From contig OZ243961.1 in the NCBI GenBank assembly GCA_965214605.1, forward strand, positions 2,848,001 to 2,912,000: a stretch of 64,000 nt of DNA. The letters run 5' to 3'. The translations under genes and the position numbers were made by a program. Source of the stretch: an uncultured Candidatus Binatia bacterium. GTDB taxonomy: Bacteria > Desulfobacterota > Binatia > Bin18. Below are positions 51,418-61,941 of this stretch, piece by piece; position 1 is the stretch's first letter, and each line of letters starts with the position of its first letter. Below the pieces are notes generated by a model. It saw nothing but the letters and a program-made list of their open reading frames with translations. It was not told the DNA's origin and did not search any database.

Positions 51418-52810
51418 GACGGGCTGCCTCTCGTCCGGCAATGCGGCCAAAAACCGTGCCGATGGTCATGCCAAAACCGGCCATATAGCCCTGACCGAGA
51501 ATATTGCCGGCCATGATTTCACCGGCCGCGTACATATTGGCGGCGGGTTTTCCGTCTTGCATGATGATCTGGGCGTGCTCGTTCACCCCTACACCCAGAT
51601 AGGTAAAGGTAATGCCCGGTCGGAGCGGATAGGCGGAAAAGGGTGGGGTGTCCAGGGCAACTGCCCAGTGACTCTTTGGGGGGCTGAGGCCACGCGTCGC
51701 ACACTCGTCTAACTCCGAGGGGTCAAACTGGCCGGGCTCGACGGCAGCGTTAAACGCGGTCAGTGTCTGCTCAAGGGCGGCTGAGTCCAGTGCGAGTTTG
51801 TCCGCCAGCTCAGCGATAGAGGCGGCTTCAATGGGTGGGAAAACCGACGGCATGAATTTCCCCAGCGCCTTGGCATCAATAATCGCATAGGCAATCTGGT
51901 CTGGCTGCTGGGCAACGATTCTGCCCCAAATGGCGTAACGCTTGGGCCAGAAATCTTCGCCCTCGTCGTAGAAGCGTTTGGCACGGTTATTGACCACGAT
52001 GCCAAACGGCACGCAGTCCAGACGGGTGACAATGCCGCCGTCAAACTTAGGCGCCCGAGCGTCGATCGCCACCGCATGACACTGGCGTGGATCGCCCACC
52101 GACTGTGCTCCGTTGTGGAGCAGGGCCCGCAGCATTGTGCCCGTGTTATACGGAGTGCCGCGGATAATGAAGTTATCGGCCGCCGCGCCCCAATACTTCT
52201 TGAGCCAGGCGATGTTGGCCTGGAATCCGCCGGCGGCGATAACGACCGTTCGGGCGCGAACCTGTTGGGCGGTGTCGCCCGAGCCGATGACCGCCGAAAA
52301 AAAGCGGCCGTCCTGCATGATCAGATCGGTCACCTCCGTCTGGTAGGCGAATCGTACCCCGAGCTGGTGGGCGGTGTGGTAATAGGCGTTGAGCAGGGCT
52401 TTACCCCCGCCCAGGAAAAAGGCGTTTGTTCTTGACAGGTTCAACGTGCCCCTCAGCGGAGCCTGAAAGCGGCAACCGCGGGCTTCCATCCAGGTGCCGA
52501 GGTCGACCGACTCGCGCAGGGTCAGACGGGCGAGGTGTTCGTTGGTCTTCCCGTCGGTTACCCGCACCAGATCCTCCCAAAACTCGTCCTCGTCGTACGG
52601 CCCGGTCAGAAAGGCGTTGGCCCGCCTATGGGCATAGCGCAGATTACGCGTATGGCGACTGTCGCCGCCCCGAAAAGCCTCGGGCGCACTTTCCAGCAGC
52701 AGCACCGTGGCCCCGCCCTGCGCCGCGGTCATGGCTGCGCACAACGCCGCATTACCACCGCCGATGATCAACACATCGACCATTTGGGACAGATCTAGAT
52801 CGGTTTCCAT
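51404..52810 (-). CDS. tcuA: FAD-dependent tricarballylate dehydrogenase
   Basis: GGGNAALCAA, SRHTRN, RTNAFFLGGGK, DARAPKFDGGIVTR, DEGEDFWPKRYAIWG. Confidence 0.93.
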   Translation of the reverse strand: METDLDLSQMVDVLIIGGGNAALCAAMTAAQGGATVLLLESAPEAFRGGDSRHTRNLRYAHRRANAFLTGPYDEDEFWEDLVRVTDGKTNEHLARLTLRESVDLGTWMEARGCRFQAPLRGTLNLSRTNAFFLGGGKALLNAYYHTAHQLGVRFAYQTEVTDLIMQDGRFFSAVIGSGDTAQQVRARTVVIAAGGFQANIAWLKKYWGAAADNFIIRGTPYNTGTMLRALLHNGAQSVGDPRQCHAVAIDARAPKFDGGIVTRLDCVPFGIVVNNRAKRFYDEGEDFWPKRYAIWGRIVAQQPDQIAYAIIDAKALGKFMPSVFPPIEAASIAELADKLALDSAALEQTLTAFNAAVEPGQFDPSELDECATRGLSPPKSHWAVALDTPPFSAYPLRPGITFTYLGVGVNEHAQIIMQDGKPAANMYAAGEIMAGNILGQGYMAGFGMTIGTVFGRIAGREAARHALH

Positions 52811-52971
52811 TCGGCTCCAGATTATGCGGCTTTGGAGCGTTCCTGCAAGAGCCGGGGGAGTTGAACCTTTGACGCTTACAGGAAACGATACGCTCTTCTC
52901 GGAAAAGAGATAGTCATCCTTGTCCACTTTAGTGTAGTCTGGCCGGGACACAGAAAGGAGCTCTTGCCACC

Positions 52972-54324
52972 GTGACGCAGCCGCACGACGCTCCGTCCGC
53001 CTTCCGTACGGTCGGGGAGCGGAGCCAAGACCTAGACCAGATTGATTTCAATGCCGAATTTCGGCATACCCTTGACCTGATCGAACAGGACTGTCCGTGC
53101 TTGTTTCTGACCGGCAAGGCCGGCACGGGAAAATCGACCCTGTTGCACTACCTGCGCCAGACAACCGCCAAGGCCACCGCGGTCCTCGCTCCGACCGGCG
53201 TGGCCGCCCTCAACGTCGGGGGCCAGACGATCCATTCCTTTTTTCGGTTTCCGCCCGCACTCATTGATCCGGACAGTCTGCAGAAGCGCCAGAATACAAA
53301 ACTGTTCAAAAAATTGGAAACCCTGATCATCGACGAAGTCTCTATGGTCCGGGCCGACGTGATGGACGGGATTGATAGGGCCCTGCGCCTCTACCGGGAC
53401 GCCCTGCACACGCCGTTTGGCGGAGTCCAAGTCATCCTGTGTGGTGACTTGTTCCAGCTTCCACCCATTGTCAGAGAGCGGGACCTGCAGACCTTTTTCG
53501 ACCAGCACTACGGTGGTCCGTACTTCTTCTGCGCCAAGGTTTTTGAGAACCTCCAGCCCTCCTCGGTCGAACTCACTAGGATCTACCGCCAACACGACAA
53601 GGATTTCATCTATGTGCTGAATAAAATTCGGGAGAACGAGGTCGACGCCAAGCTCTTGACGATGCTGAACGCTAGAGTGCAGCGGGGTGGTGGGCCGCCA
53701 CACAACTCCTCCTTCATTACCTTGACGGCGACAAACCGGGCCGCGTTTCGGATGAACCAGATCTGTTTGGAGCGCCTTGCCGGGCGGTCGTATACCTATC
53801 AGGCAGAGGTCCTCGGTCAGTTTGAGGAGTCCATCTCTCCGACCGAAGAACTGCTGGAGCTGAAACCCGGGGCCCAGGTCATGCTCATCAGGAATGATCC
53901 AGACAAACGCTGGGTCAACGGAACCATCGGACGGGTCAGTCGCCTGACCGACACACAGGTCTGGGTTGAGGTGAACGGGACGGTGTATGAGCTGGAGCCC
54001 GAGATCTGGCAAAATATCCGCTACCGCTACAATCAGGAGATGAAGCGGATTGAGGAAGAGGAAGTCGGCAGCTTTATCCAATATCCGCTCCGCCTCGCCT
54101 GGGCGATCACTATTCACAAAAGCCAAGGCCAAACCTTTGACAAGGTCAGGATTGATCTGGGCCGTGGTGCGTTTGCCCATGGACAGACCTATGTTGCGCT
54201 CAGTCGGTGTACGTCCTTGGAGGGGCTCGTCTTCAGCCGCCCGGTAACACCTAGAGACATTGTGTTTGACGAGCGCGTATACGATTGGAGGCGGGTCTTT
54301 CCCCCGGTTCCTAGACCAGGCTAG
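52972..54324 (+). CDS. Pif1-like SF1B DNA helicase
   Basis: GKAGTGKS, APTGVAA, IIDEVSM, GDLFQLPP, YRQ, LAWAITIHKSQGQT, YVALSR. Confidence 0.92.
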   Translation: MTQPHDAPSAFRTVGERSQDLDQIDFNAEFRHTLDLIEQDCPCLFLTGKAGTGKSTLLHYLRQTTAKATAVLAPTGVAALNVGGQTIHSFFRFPPALIDPDSLQKRQNTKLFKKLETLIIDEVSMVRADVMDGIDRALRLYRDALHTPFGGVQVILCGDLFQLPPIVRERDLQTFFDQHYGGPYFFCAKVFENLQPSSVELTRIYRQHDKDFIYVLNKIRENEVDAKLLTMLNARVQRGGGPPHNSSFITLTATNRAAFRMNQICLERLAGRSYTYQAEVLGQFEESISPTEELLELKPGAQVMLIRNDPDKRWVNGTIGRVSRLTDTQVWVEVNGTVYELEPEIWQNIRYRYNQEMKRIEEEEVGSFIQYPLRLAWAITIHKSQGQTFDKVRIDLGRGAFAHGQTYVALSRCTSLEGLVFSRPVTPRDIVFDERVYDWRRVFPPVPRPG

Positions 54325-54402
54325 GCGATGGGGGGCTCCTAGCCCCAAGCAGGCGGGGCAAGAAAGAGGAACGAACCACTGAGCAAAATAAGGAGGCCAG
54401 GC

Positions 54403-56001
54403 ATGACAACAAACAGATACGAGCTCCTGCTCGGGGACACCTACCAAGAGCCCCAGGCGACTTCAGGCTGGCAGGTCTTACGGCGTTTAGCGCCGAGCGG
54501 GCTGTACGGCGCAAACGGTATGCAGTTTGGTCCGGATGGACGGCTGTACGTCACCCAGGCCTTTGGTAGCCAACTGACCGCGCTCAATATTGAGACCGGC
54601 GCGCCTGAAGTCATCTCGCCTTTAGGGGGGGCGATTGTTGCGCCTGACGATGTGGCGTTTGACTCGCATGGCACTATGTACGTCACTGAGGTCATGAGCG
54701 CTCGGGTATGTCGGCGCACCCCGGCTGGCGAGGTCAGCATTCTTGCCGATAACCTGCCGGCGGTGAACGGCATCACCTGTCACCAGGATCGCCTTTTTGT
54801 CGACGAGTTTCGCGGCCACGGGCGTATCCTTGAGCTCTACCCGTATGACGAGCGGCCGCCGCGTGTGATTGTGGACGATCAGCGTGGGCCGAACGCCTTG
54901 TCGGTTGGACCGGATGGTAAGCTCTACTATCCCCTCGTGCCGCTCGGCGAAGTGTGGCGGGTAGATATTGCAACGGGGGACACAGAGAAAGTCGCTGATG
55001 GTCTCAAAGGCCCGCCGGCGGTGAAGTTCAACCACGACGGATCACTTATTGTTCCCCAGGCCGGCACCGGCGAGATCGTCCGTATCGACGTCCAGACCGG
55101 AGCACGAACCGTCATCGCCACGGTCCGGCCCGGTATTGATAACCTCGCTATAAGTCCAGATAACCGGCTGTTTGTCTCACATTTTGTTGACGGTGGCGTG
55201 TCCGAGGTGGCGACTGATGGCAGCAATGTCGAGCGGGTCCTGGTGCCGGGTGGTCTCGTTGGTCCGTGGGGGCTCGCGTGCGGTGAGAACAACACGCTCT
55301 ATATTGCCGATGGGCTGAGTCTGGCCACACTTTCGGCGGACGGTGAGGTGGGGCGGCTCGGCGGCTTGCTTGACAACAGTTTTCCCGGCTTTGTCAGAGG
55401 CATCGCGGTCGCTGCCCCGGACGAACTGCTGCTGACAACCGTGACCGGCGATGTGGTACGCTATAACCCCAAAGCGCTGTCTTTCAGCTACGTCATCCGA
55501 AAACTCGACCACGCTTACGGCTTGGCCTGCGAGGCCAACGGGAGCATTGTGGTGGCTGAAGCTGGCAGTGGCTCGGTGCTGCGGATTGATGCCAACGGAC
55601 AGTCCTCTCGCGTTGCCAGCGGCCTGTCACAGCCGTGCGGTGTAGTCGTGGCCGAGGATGGCAGTCTAGTGGTGAGTGAGGTGGGGAACGGACGGGTGAG
55701 CAAGATTGATGCGGCTGGCAATACGTCTTTGGTCGTTGACGGGCTCCAACAACCGCTGGCCATAGCCGTGCGTCAAGGCGCGGTGTTGATTCTTGACCAC
55801 GGCACCAAAACCCTGGAGAGCGTCGATCTGAGAACCCGCCAGAGGCAAACCCTGGCCACTCGGCTCCCGGTCGGTAATCCGGCCGGGCTGTCGCGTGGTC
55901 CCATGGAATTCGGCGGCAGTCTGGCCGTGGACCGGGCCGGGACGATCTATATTCCTGGTGACGGAGAGGGGAGTGTCCTGATGCTCCGTGAGGAGCCCTG
56001 A
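54403..56001 (+). CDS. Tandem beta-propeller protein (SMP-30/gluconolactonase/NHL-like)
   Basis: Repeated blades: ANGMQFGPDGRLYV, PDDVAFDS.G.MYV, PNALSVGPDG.LY, DNLAISPD.RLFV, PWGLA, PCGVVVAEDG.LVV. Confidence 0.82.
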   Translation: MTTNRYELLLGDTYQEPQATSGWQVLRRLAPSGLYGANGMQFGPDGRLYVTQAFGSQLTALNIETGAPEVISPLGGAIVAPDDVAFDSHGTMYVTEVMSARVCRRTPAGEVSILADNLPAVNGITCHQDRLFVDEFRGHGRILELYPYDERPPRVIVDDQRGPNALSVGPDGKLYYPLVPLGEVWRVDIATGDTEKVADGLKGPPAVKFNHDGSLIVPQAGTGEIVRIDVQTGARTVIATVRPGIDNLAISPDNRLFVSHFVDGGVSEVATDGSNVERVLVPGGLVGPWGLACGENNTLYIADGLSLATLSADGEVGRLGGLLDNSFPGFVRGIAVAAPDELLLTTVTGDVVRYNPKALSFSYVIRKLDHAYGLACEANGSIVVAEAGSGSVLRIDANGQSSRVASGLSQPCGVVVAEDGSLVVSEVGNGRVSKIDAAGNTSLVVDGLQQPLAIAVRQGAVLILDHGTKTLESVDLRTRQRQTLATRLPVGNPAGLSRGPMEFGGSLAVDRAGTIYIPGDGEGSVLMLREEP

Positions 56002-56648
56002 GGAGGCCCGGGAGCGTGACGAGCCGCTAGCGGGCGTGTCTCCCCGTCCGTACTCCCGGCAAAGAGGGCCTGTCTGCGGACTCAGGCCGTCAAGCATTGG
56101 AGGGGTCCATGCCATCGGCCCTTCCTTAACAAATTCTCTTCCGGAAACGTCCGTGTGACAGGTGGTACCCTGGTTGAGGATTGGGACGAACTCATTTCCG
56201 CGTGAGCGCAGTGATGTCCGGTGACACAGAGGAGAGGAGTGTGACGCTGCTGTTGTTGACCGCTTGCACAAAGAACGGGTGAGCGAACTCTCAGGGGGAC
56301 GTCGACAGGTTTTACCGGAATCGGGCAGTGAGCGGGCAGAAGAGCTTTGGCAGAGTGAGCTGAACGCGCACCTCACCCCGTGTTGTTCGTGTCCGAAACA
56401 ACCGCCGTGCGACGTAACCGTGTCTCCTAAAAAGATCTCATCGCTGAAGAAGCGCTCTCACCGACTTTCCTGAGTTGACTGTGCGCGTTGTCCATCCTCC
56501 CATCAGCGAGCCTGGGCTGCTGCAATAAGATTTCGTCGCCCGACTCTGCCCGACTCTGTAGAGCGGCCTGGCCCTCTCTGGCTCGGCTGAAAGGGGCGCC
56601 GTCGGAGAGCGCACCGTTTTTGTCTAACGCAGTCAAGGACGAGGTGGA

Positions 56649-57740
56649 CTAGGGATGCTTGACGAGGAGTGTGGCGACACACGTTCTTTGTTTCGGTGTT
56701 AATCTATCCAGTCCGGCTAGTTCGATACGGGTCGTCTGATCGAGCAGCGCCGGACCCCAATCCTCTGAGTCCTCACTGTCTTCCGGACAAAATGTGGCCC
56801 CAAATAACGACGCGCCAGTCAGATCCGCTCCGCGCAAATCCGCCCCCCGAAAGTCCGCGCCCTCTAAGTCTGCCGCCCGTCCCTGATCGGAACAAAATGA
56901 CGCATTGCACAGATGCGCGCCCTCAAAGTGGGCGTTTGACAGATTCGCGCCGTCAAAACATGCGCCATTGAGCCGTGAGTGTTCGAAATGGGCATCGCGC
57001 AGGAAAGCCCCTCGGGCGTTAAGGCCAGTCAAATTCCGACCGGCGGCGCGAATACCGAGCAGATCTCGACCGGAGAAGTCCCGCGTTTTCAAAAGGCGTC
57101 GATACAGCCGGTTATCAATGTGGGGAATAATATAGCGCTGCTCTTGCCACGGGTCGGCGTGATTGTGATAGCCGGCCTCTTTTTCCCAGTAGCCGAGTTC
57201 GTCTTCGGCGACCACACGAATCTCTTCGAGCCATTTGAGGCTTTTATAAAAATAGCGCTCGCGGACGACCGTTCGGATTGGGCCTCCATGCTGCTCTGCT
57301 AAGGGTTCTCCCTCGTAGCTGAGGGCGAGCAGGGTGTCGAGCTCAAGGGCGTCGGCCAAGGGGAGTGAGGTGCTATGACGGCGGGCACTACGGGCCACAA
57401 ACGAGACAAAACGTGCTGCTGGCAAGGGCTGACAGGCGTCTAAGACGGTTCGGAGCAGTACGCCGCCAAGACGCATCCTAGGTTTAGACCAACGGGTCAC
57501 ACAGTGGATGTCAACCCGCACGTCTACCTGCGGCAGAGCTCGTAACTCTTTCACAGACCAAGTCTGGGGCCGTGCGACTAGCCCGCTGACCCTCACCTGC
57601 CACGGCTTGTCCCGCCGTGCGGCATCTGGGGCGGACTCCCCGACCATCGGCCATTTGCCCGATGCCACGAGTTGCTGGTGAGGAGGGAGGCGAAATTTAT
57701 ATGACATCGCTACTTGGTATACGAAGGCGGAGCCCTGCAC
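56649..57740 (-). CDS. Sulfite-oxidase/MsrP-fold molybdopterin oxidoreductase fused to pentapeptide repeats
   Basis: DIHCVTRWS, HSTSLPL, EQHGGPIR, YFYKSLKWL, GYWE..GYH; C-terminal A(D/N)L/F pentapeptides; GTG after AAGGAG. Confidence 0.85.
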   Translation of the reverse strand: MQGSAFVYQVAMSYKFRLPPHQQLVASGKWPMVGESAPDAARRDKPWQVRVSGLVARPQTWSVKELRALPQVDVRVDIHCVTRWSKPRMRLGGVLLRTVLDACQPLPAARFVSFVARSARRHSTSLPLADALELDTLLALSYEGEPLAEQHGGPIRTVVRERYFYKSLKWLEEIRVVAEDELGYWEKEAGYHNHADPWQEQRYIIPHIDNRLYRRLLKTRDFSGRDLLGIRAAGRNLTGLNARGAFLRDAHFEHSRLNGACFDGANLSNAHFEGAHLCNASFCSDQGRAADLEGADFRGADLRGADLTGASLFGATFCPEDSEDSEDWGPALLDQTTRIELAGLDRLTPKQRTCVATLLVKHP

Positions 57741-57799
57741 CTATTCTCCTTCTGTTCACAATTTGCTACGAGAAGCAATAGTTCTAGGAGGACCCCCAT

Positions 57800-59248
57800 A
57801 TGACACCAGAGCTCGTCCAACTCGACGCCATTGCCCAGGCTGACCTTGTCCGTCGTGGTGAAGTCACGCCGCTTGAACTCGTCGATGCCGCCATCGCCCG
57901 GATTGAGACTGTCAATCCACAGCTGAACGCAGTGATTACCCCGCTCTTTGACAAAGCCCGGGCCTGGGCCGCCTCGGCCGAGCTACCCGACGGTGTATTC
58001 CGTGGTGTTCCGTTTCTCTTGAAAGACATCGGCTGCCACTCGGCCGGTGACCCGTATCATGAGGGCCTGCGGTTTTTGCGTGACCTGAACTGGGTGGCCG
58101 CGCAGGACACGTATATGGCGGCAAAGCTGCGGCAGGCAGGTTTGATTTTTGTCGGCAAGACCAATACACCGGAGCTAGCTATTCTGCCGACGACCGAGCC
58201 CGAGGCGTATGGCCCGACCCGCAATCCATGGGATCCCGGCCGCTCGCCGGGCGGTTCAAGCGGCGGCTCAGCCGCGGCCGTTGCCGCGGGTATGGTTCCA
58301 GCCGCGCATGCCAACGATGGTGGCGGCTCGATTCGTATTCCGGCTGGCGCGTGTGGCCTAGTTGGGCTCAAGCCCTCACGGGGAAGAGTTTCTTTGGGAC
58401 CGGAGCACGGTGAGTTCTGGCAAGGGATGGCGGTTGAGCATGTGGTGACACGCTCGGTACGCGATTCAGCGGCTATTCTCGACGTCATCGCCGGTCCGAT
58501 GCCGGGTGATCCCTACACCGCCCCGCCTCCACCCCAACCGTATGTGCAAGAGGTTGGCCTTGATCCTGGCAGGCTCCGCATTGGAATTATGACGCGTGCC
58601 CCCGGTGGCGTCGGTGCCGTTCATCCGGACTGTGTCCGCGCGACCCGACACGCGGCCCACCTGCTCGACTCGCTCGGCCACACGCTCGAAGAGTCGTATC
58701 CCCCGGCCTTGGATGACAATATTCAGCGGGGGCACCATTTTTGGACGTTGATAACTAGCCAAGTGGCTGCCAGTCTTGACGTCTGGAGCAAAAAAACTGG
58801 CAAAACGCTTGAACTAACCGCGCTTGAACTCAATACTCGTACAGCGGCTGAAATCGGTCGGACACGGACGGCTCGCCGCTATATTGAGGCCATTGAATGG
58901 CTGCACGCCGACGCGCGGCGCATTGCCAGTTGGTGGGAGGAAGGCTTTGATCTGCTGCTGACGCCCACCATGGCCGAACCGCCGCCCCCGTTGGGCCAGT
59001 TTATTGCTACCCCAGAAGACCCGATGGCGGCCGCCCGGCGGACTGCCGCCCTTGCGCCTTTTACGCCCGCGTTTAATGTGACCGGCCAGCCGGCACTTTC
59101 CGTGCCACTGGCTTGGAACGCCGACGGTCTGCCGATCGGGGTGCACCTGGTGGCAGCGTATGGGCGTGAGGACGTGTTGATTCGGCTGGCGGCACAGGTA
59201 GAACAGGCCCAACCGTGGGCGGATAAATGGCCGCCGGTACGGGCGTAA
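57800..59248 (+). CDS. Amidase signature family protein
   Basis: [35 protein letters not shown]. Confidence 0.93.
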   Translation: MTPELVQLDAIAQADLVRRGEVTPLELVDAAIARIETVNPQLNAVITPLFDKARAWAASAELPDGVFRGVPFLLKDIGCHSAGDPYHEGLRFLRDLNWVAAQDTYMAAKLRQAGLIFVGKTNTPELAILPTTEPEAYGPTRNPWDPGRSPGGSSGGSAAAVAAGMVPAAHANDGGGSIRIPAGACGLVGLKPSRGRVSLGPEHGEFWQGMAVEHVVTRSVRDSAAILDVIAGPMPGDPYTAPPPPQPYVQEVGLDPGRLRIGIMTRAPGGVGAVHPDCVRATRHAAHLLDSLGHTLEESYPPALDDNIQRGHHFWTLITSQVAASLDVWSKKTGKTLELTALELNTRTAAEIGRTRTARRYIEAIEWLHADARRIASWWEEGFDLLLTPTMAEPPPPLGQFIATPEDPMAAARRTAALAPFTPAFNVTGQPALSVPLAWNADGLPIGVHLVAAYGREDVLIRLAAQVEQAQPWADKWPPVRA

Positions 59249-59366
59249 TCCAGAGCTGCCGGGCCTGTTTCTCCAAACCTTTTCTTTCCTCTCGGCTTGC
59301 AGTAGAGTAGCCTGTGTCTGATACGGTCATATCGGTCGTTTTCATAACCGCTTTGGGAGGAGAACT

Positions 59367-60596
59367 ATGTCTGATGGTGCTCTAGCTGGTCTGAAGATCA
59401 TTGAGTTAAGCGAACGGGTGACGGGACCGTTTTGTACAAAAGTCATGGCCGATCTAGGAGCGGAGGTGATTAAGATTGAAAAGCCGGGCAGTGGCGATAT
59501 CGCCCGCACGCGTGGCCCATTTCCCGGCGATGAGCCACACCCCGACCGGAGCGCCCTGTTTCTGTACCTGAACACCAATAAAATCGGCATTACGCTGGAT
59601 ATCAGCCAACCGCAGGCAACAGCCCTGTTTCGGGATCTGGTGAAAGACGCCGATATCCTGGTCGAAACCCAACCCCCCGGTTTTCTGGACAGTCTGGGGC
59701 TGGGCTATGCGAGTCTCCGGAAGCTTGCACCCCGATTGATTATGACGTCGATCTCCCCGTTTGGACAAACCGGTCCCTATTGTCAGTACAAGGCGTATAA
59801 TCTTAACAACTTTCATGCTGGCGTGGTCGGGTATGAGACGCCTTTTAACTATGTGACCGACCCCGATAACGAACCGCCGATCAAAGCTGGTGGTCAGCAG
59901 GCAGACCTGCTGAGCGGGTGGACCGCGGCGTCAGCCACGATGAGCGCGGTCTTTCTCCGCGAGCAGACCGGTGAGGGGCAGCAGGTTGATATCTCTGAGG
60001 TTGAGGCAGTCGCCCACATGGTTCGCCCCAATACCGCGCTCTATACGCATGAGCCGCCCGACGGCCCCAACCGTAGTCGGTTTCTCCGGCGGACAAAGTG
60101 GGGCTTAGCCTATGTCTTTCCGTGCCAAGATGGTCATATTGCGCTGTTGGCGCTCACCGATCAGCACTGGGAGAGCCTCAAGGAGCTGATGGGTCGGCCG
60201 GAGTGGGCGGACAGCGAGTTGTTTGCAACCCTGATGAGCCGCTTTCAGAATCTTGATGCGCTCGAAGCTTCTGTCTCCGCCTGGATTGCTGAGCAGAAAC
60301 GCGATGAACTGGCCCGGGAAGGCCAAGAGTTACATATTCCGGTTTTTCCGGTGCGTGACATGCGAGAGGTTGTCGAGTCCAGCCAGTTCCGGGACCGCGA
60401 GTTTTTTATTGATATCGACCACCCAGCAACCGGGCCGATCACCTATCCCGGTGCGCCGTTTAAATTTTCAGCCACTCCGTGGCAGGTCCGCTCCCCCGCA
60501 CCCCAGCTCGGCCAGCACAATAGCCAGGTGTATAGCCAACGGTTGGGCTTGAGTGCGCAGCGGCTGGAGCAGCTCCACAGAGATGGGGTGATCTGA
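59367..60596 (+). CDS. Family III CoA-transferase (CaiB/BaiF), subunit 1
   Basis: ADLGAEVIKIEKP, YLNTNK, ISPFGQTGPY, GQQVDIS, APQLGQH. Confidence 0.92.
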   Translation: MSDGALAGLKIIELSERVTGPFCTKVMADLGAEVIKIEKPGSGDIARTRGPFPGDEPHPDRSALFLYLNTNKIGITLDISQPQATALFRDLVKDADILVETQPPGFLDSLGLGYASLRKLAPRLIMTSISPFGQTGPYCQYKAYNLNNFHAGVVGYETPFNYVTDPDNEPPIKAGGQQADLLSGWTAASATMSAVFLREQTGEGQQVDISEVEAVAHMVRPNTALYTHEPPDGPNRSRFLRRTKWGLAYVFPCQDGHIALLALTDQHWESLKELMGRPEWADSELFATLMSRFQNLDALEASVSAWIAEQKRDELAREGQELHIPVFPVRDMREVVESSQFRDREFFIDIDHPATGPITYPGAPFKFSATPWQVRSPAPQLGQHNSQVYSQRLGLSAQRLEQLHRDGVI

Positions 60597-60647
60597 AAGA
60601 GGCTAGGGGACGACGCCCGCCCGTGTCGACTTTAAGGAGGGAAGAGT

Positions 60648-61856
60648 ATGCCATTACCACTCGAAGGGATTCGCGTTGCCGATTTTGGTTGGATTCTGGC
60701 TGCACCACAGTGCACCGCGTGGCTGGGAGCGATGGGTGCTGAGGTCATTCGGATTGAATCTCACCAGCGCTTAGATATCATTCGCTTCCTGGGCCAAGAT
60801 CCTCGCAAAGAGATGACCCCGAACCGCTCGCCGCTGTTTAATGGACTCAATTTCAGTAAAAAAAGTATTACTCTCAACTTGAGTCATCCACGCGGCATCG
60901 ACCTGGCCAAGGATCTGATTAAACACAGTGATATCGTTGTTGAAAATTTTACCGGCGGAGTGATGAAACGCTGGGGTATGGGCTATGATGACCTGTGCCA
61001 GCTCAAGCCTGACATTATCATGGTGTCAGGGACGCCTGTCGGTCAGTACGGTCCGGATAGCCACTGTGTGGGCTGGGGGCCGATTACCCAAGCGTCGGCC
61101 GGGATTTGCCACCTGACCGGCTATGAGGATGGGCCGCCGAGTAGTTTGGGGGGATCCTGGCCGGATTACATGGTCGGGGTGGTGATGTCCTACGCCGTAC
61201 AAGCGGCACTGTTCTACCGTAAACGAACTGGAAAAGGACAGTATATTGATCTGGCTATGGCCGAAGTGGTGACCTCGATGCTGCCCGAGGCGATCATGGA
61301 CTATACTTTGAATAGGCGCGATCAAGGCCGGCTCGGCAACCATGACATGCGTATGGCTCCGCATAATGTGTATCGCGCCAAAGGCGACGATAGCTGGATC
61401 ACCATTGTTGTTGAGACCGAACAGGAGTGGCGCAGCTTATGCGGAGCGGTGGGCCATCCTGAGTGGATTGAAGACGAGCGGTTTAAGGATCAAAAAAGCC
61501 GCAAGGCCAACGAGCGCGAGCTTGATGCACTCCTGACGGCCTGGACACGAGAGCGCACCAATACTGATATTATGCACCAGCTCCAAAAGGTCGGGGTGGC
61601 GGCCACGCCGGTCTTTGATACTGAGGGCCTCCTCAATGATCCTCAGTTTCAAACCCGCGACTTTCTTGTCTCGCCTCCCCATCCTGAGACCGGCGGTCAC
61701 CCGATTTCGGGTATCCCCGGCATATACAGCGGCTTTGAACCTCGGTATGGCCAGGCGCCGTGTTTGGGACAAGATACCGAGTCGGTGTGCTGCGACCTGC
61801 TGGGACTGTCGCGGGAAGAAGTTGCCCGACTGCAAGACGAGAAAGTGTTGTATTAG
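60648..61856 (+). CDS. Family III CoA-transferase (CaiB/BaiF), subunit 2
   Basis: GAEVIRIES, KKSITLNL, VENF, WPDY, GQYIDL, APHNVY, APCLGQ. Confidence 0.92.
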   Translation: MPLPLEGIRVADFGWILAAPQCTAWLGAMGAEVIRIESHQRLDIIRFLGQDPRKEMTPNRSPLFNGLNFSKKSITLNLSHPRGIDLAKDLIKHSDIVVENFTGGVMKRWGMGYDDLCQLKPDIIMVSGTPVGQYGPDSHCVGWGPITQASAGICHLTGYEDGPPSSLGGSWPDYMVGVVMSYAVQAALFYRKRTGKGQYIDLAMAEVVTSMLPEAIMDYTLNRRDQGRLGNHDMRMAPHNVYRAKGDDSWITIVVETEQEWRSLCGAVGHPEWIEDERFKDQKSRKANERELDALLTAWTRERTNTDIMHQLQKVGVAATPVFDTEGLLNDPQFQTRDFLVSPPHPETGGHPISGIPGIYSGFEPRYGQAPCLGQDTESVCCDLLGLSREEVARLQDEKVLY

Positions 61857-61941
61857 TGCGGCTAGGGCCGTGTGCTGAAACCCGAGGGGCAGCTCTGTGT
61901 GGCTGTCCTTTTCTTTGGCAGCTGTCCGCACTGGTGCAAGC

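Noticed and set aside
53032-54447. 471-aa minus-strand ORF
   Set aside because: Antisense shadow of the well-supported Pif1-like helicase; no motifs of its own.
56040-56130. SD plus MAWTPP, resembling a PqqA precursor start
   Set aside because: No ExxxY motif, no short ORF and no pqq or radical SAM genes nearby; the frame runs antisense into the propeller gene.
56264-56473. VSELSGGRRQ, similar to an ABC signature
   Set aside because: No Walker A or B context; could be chance.
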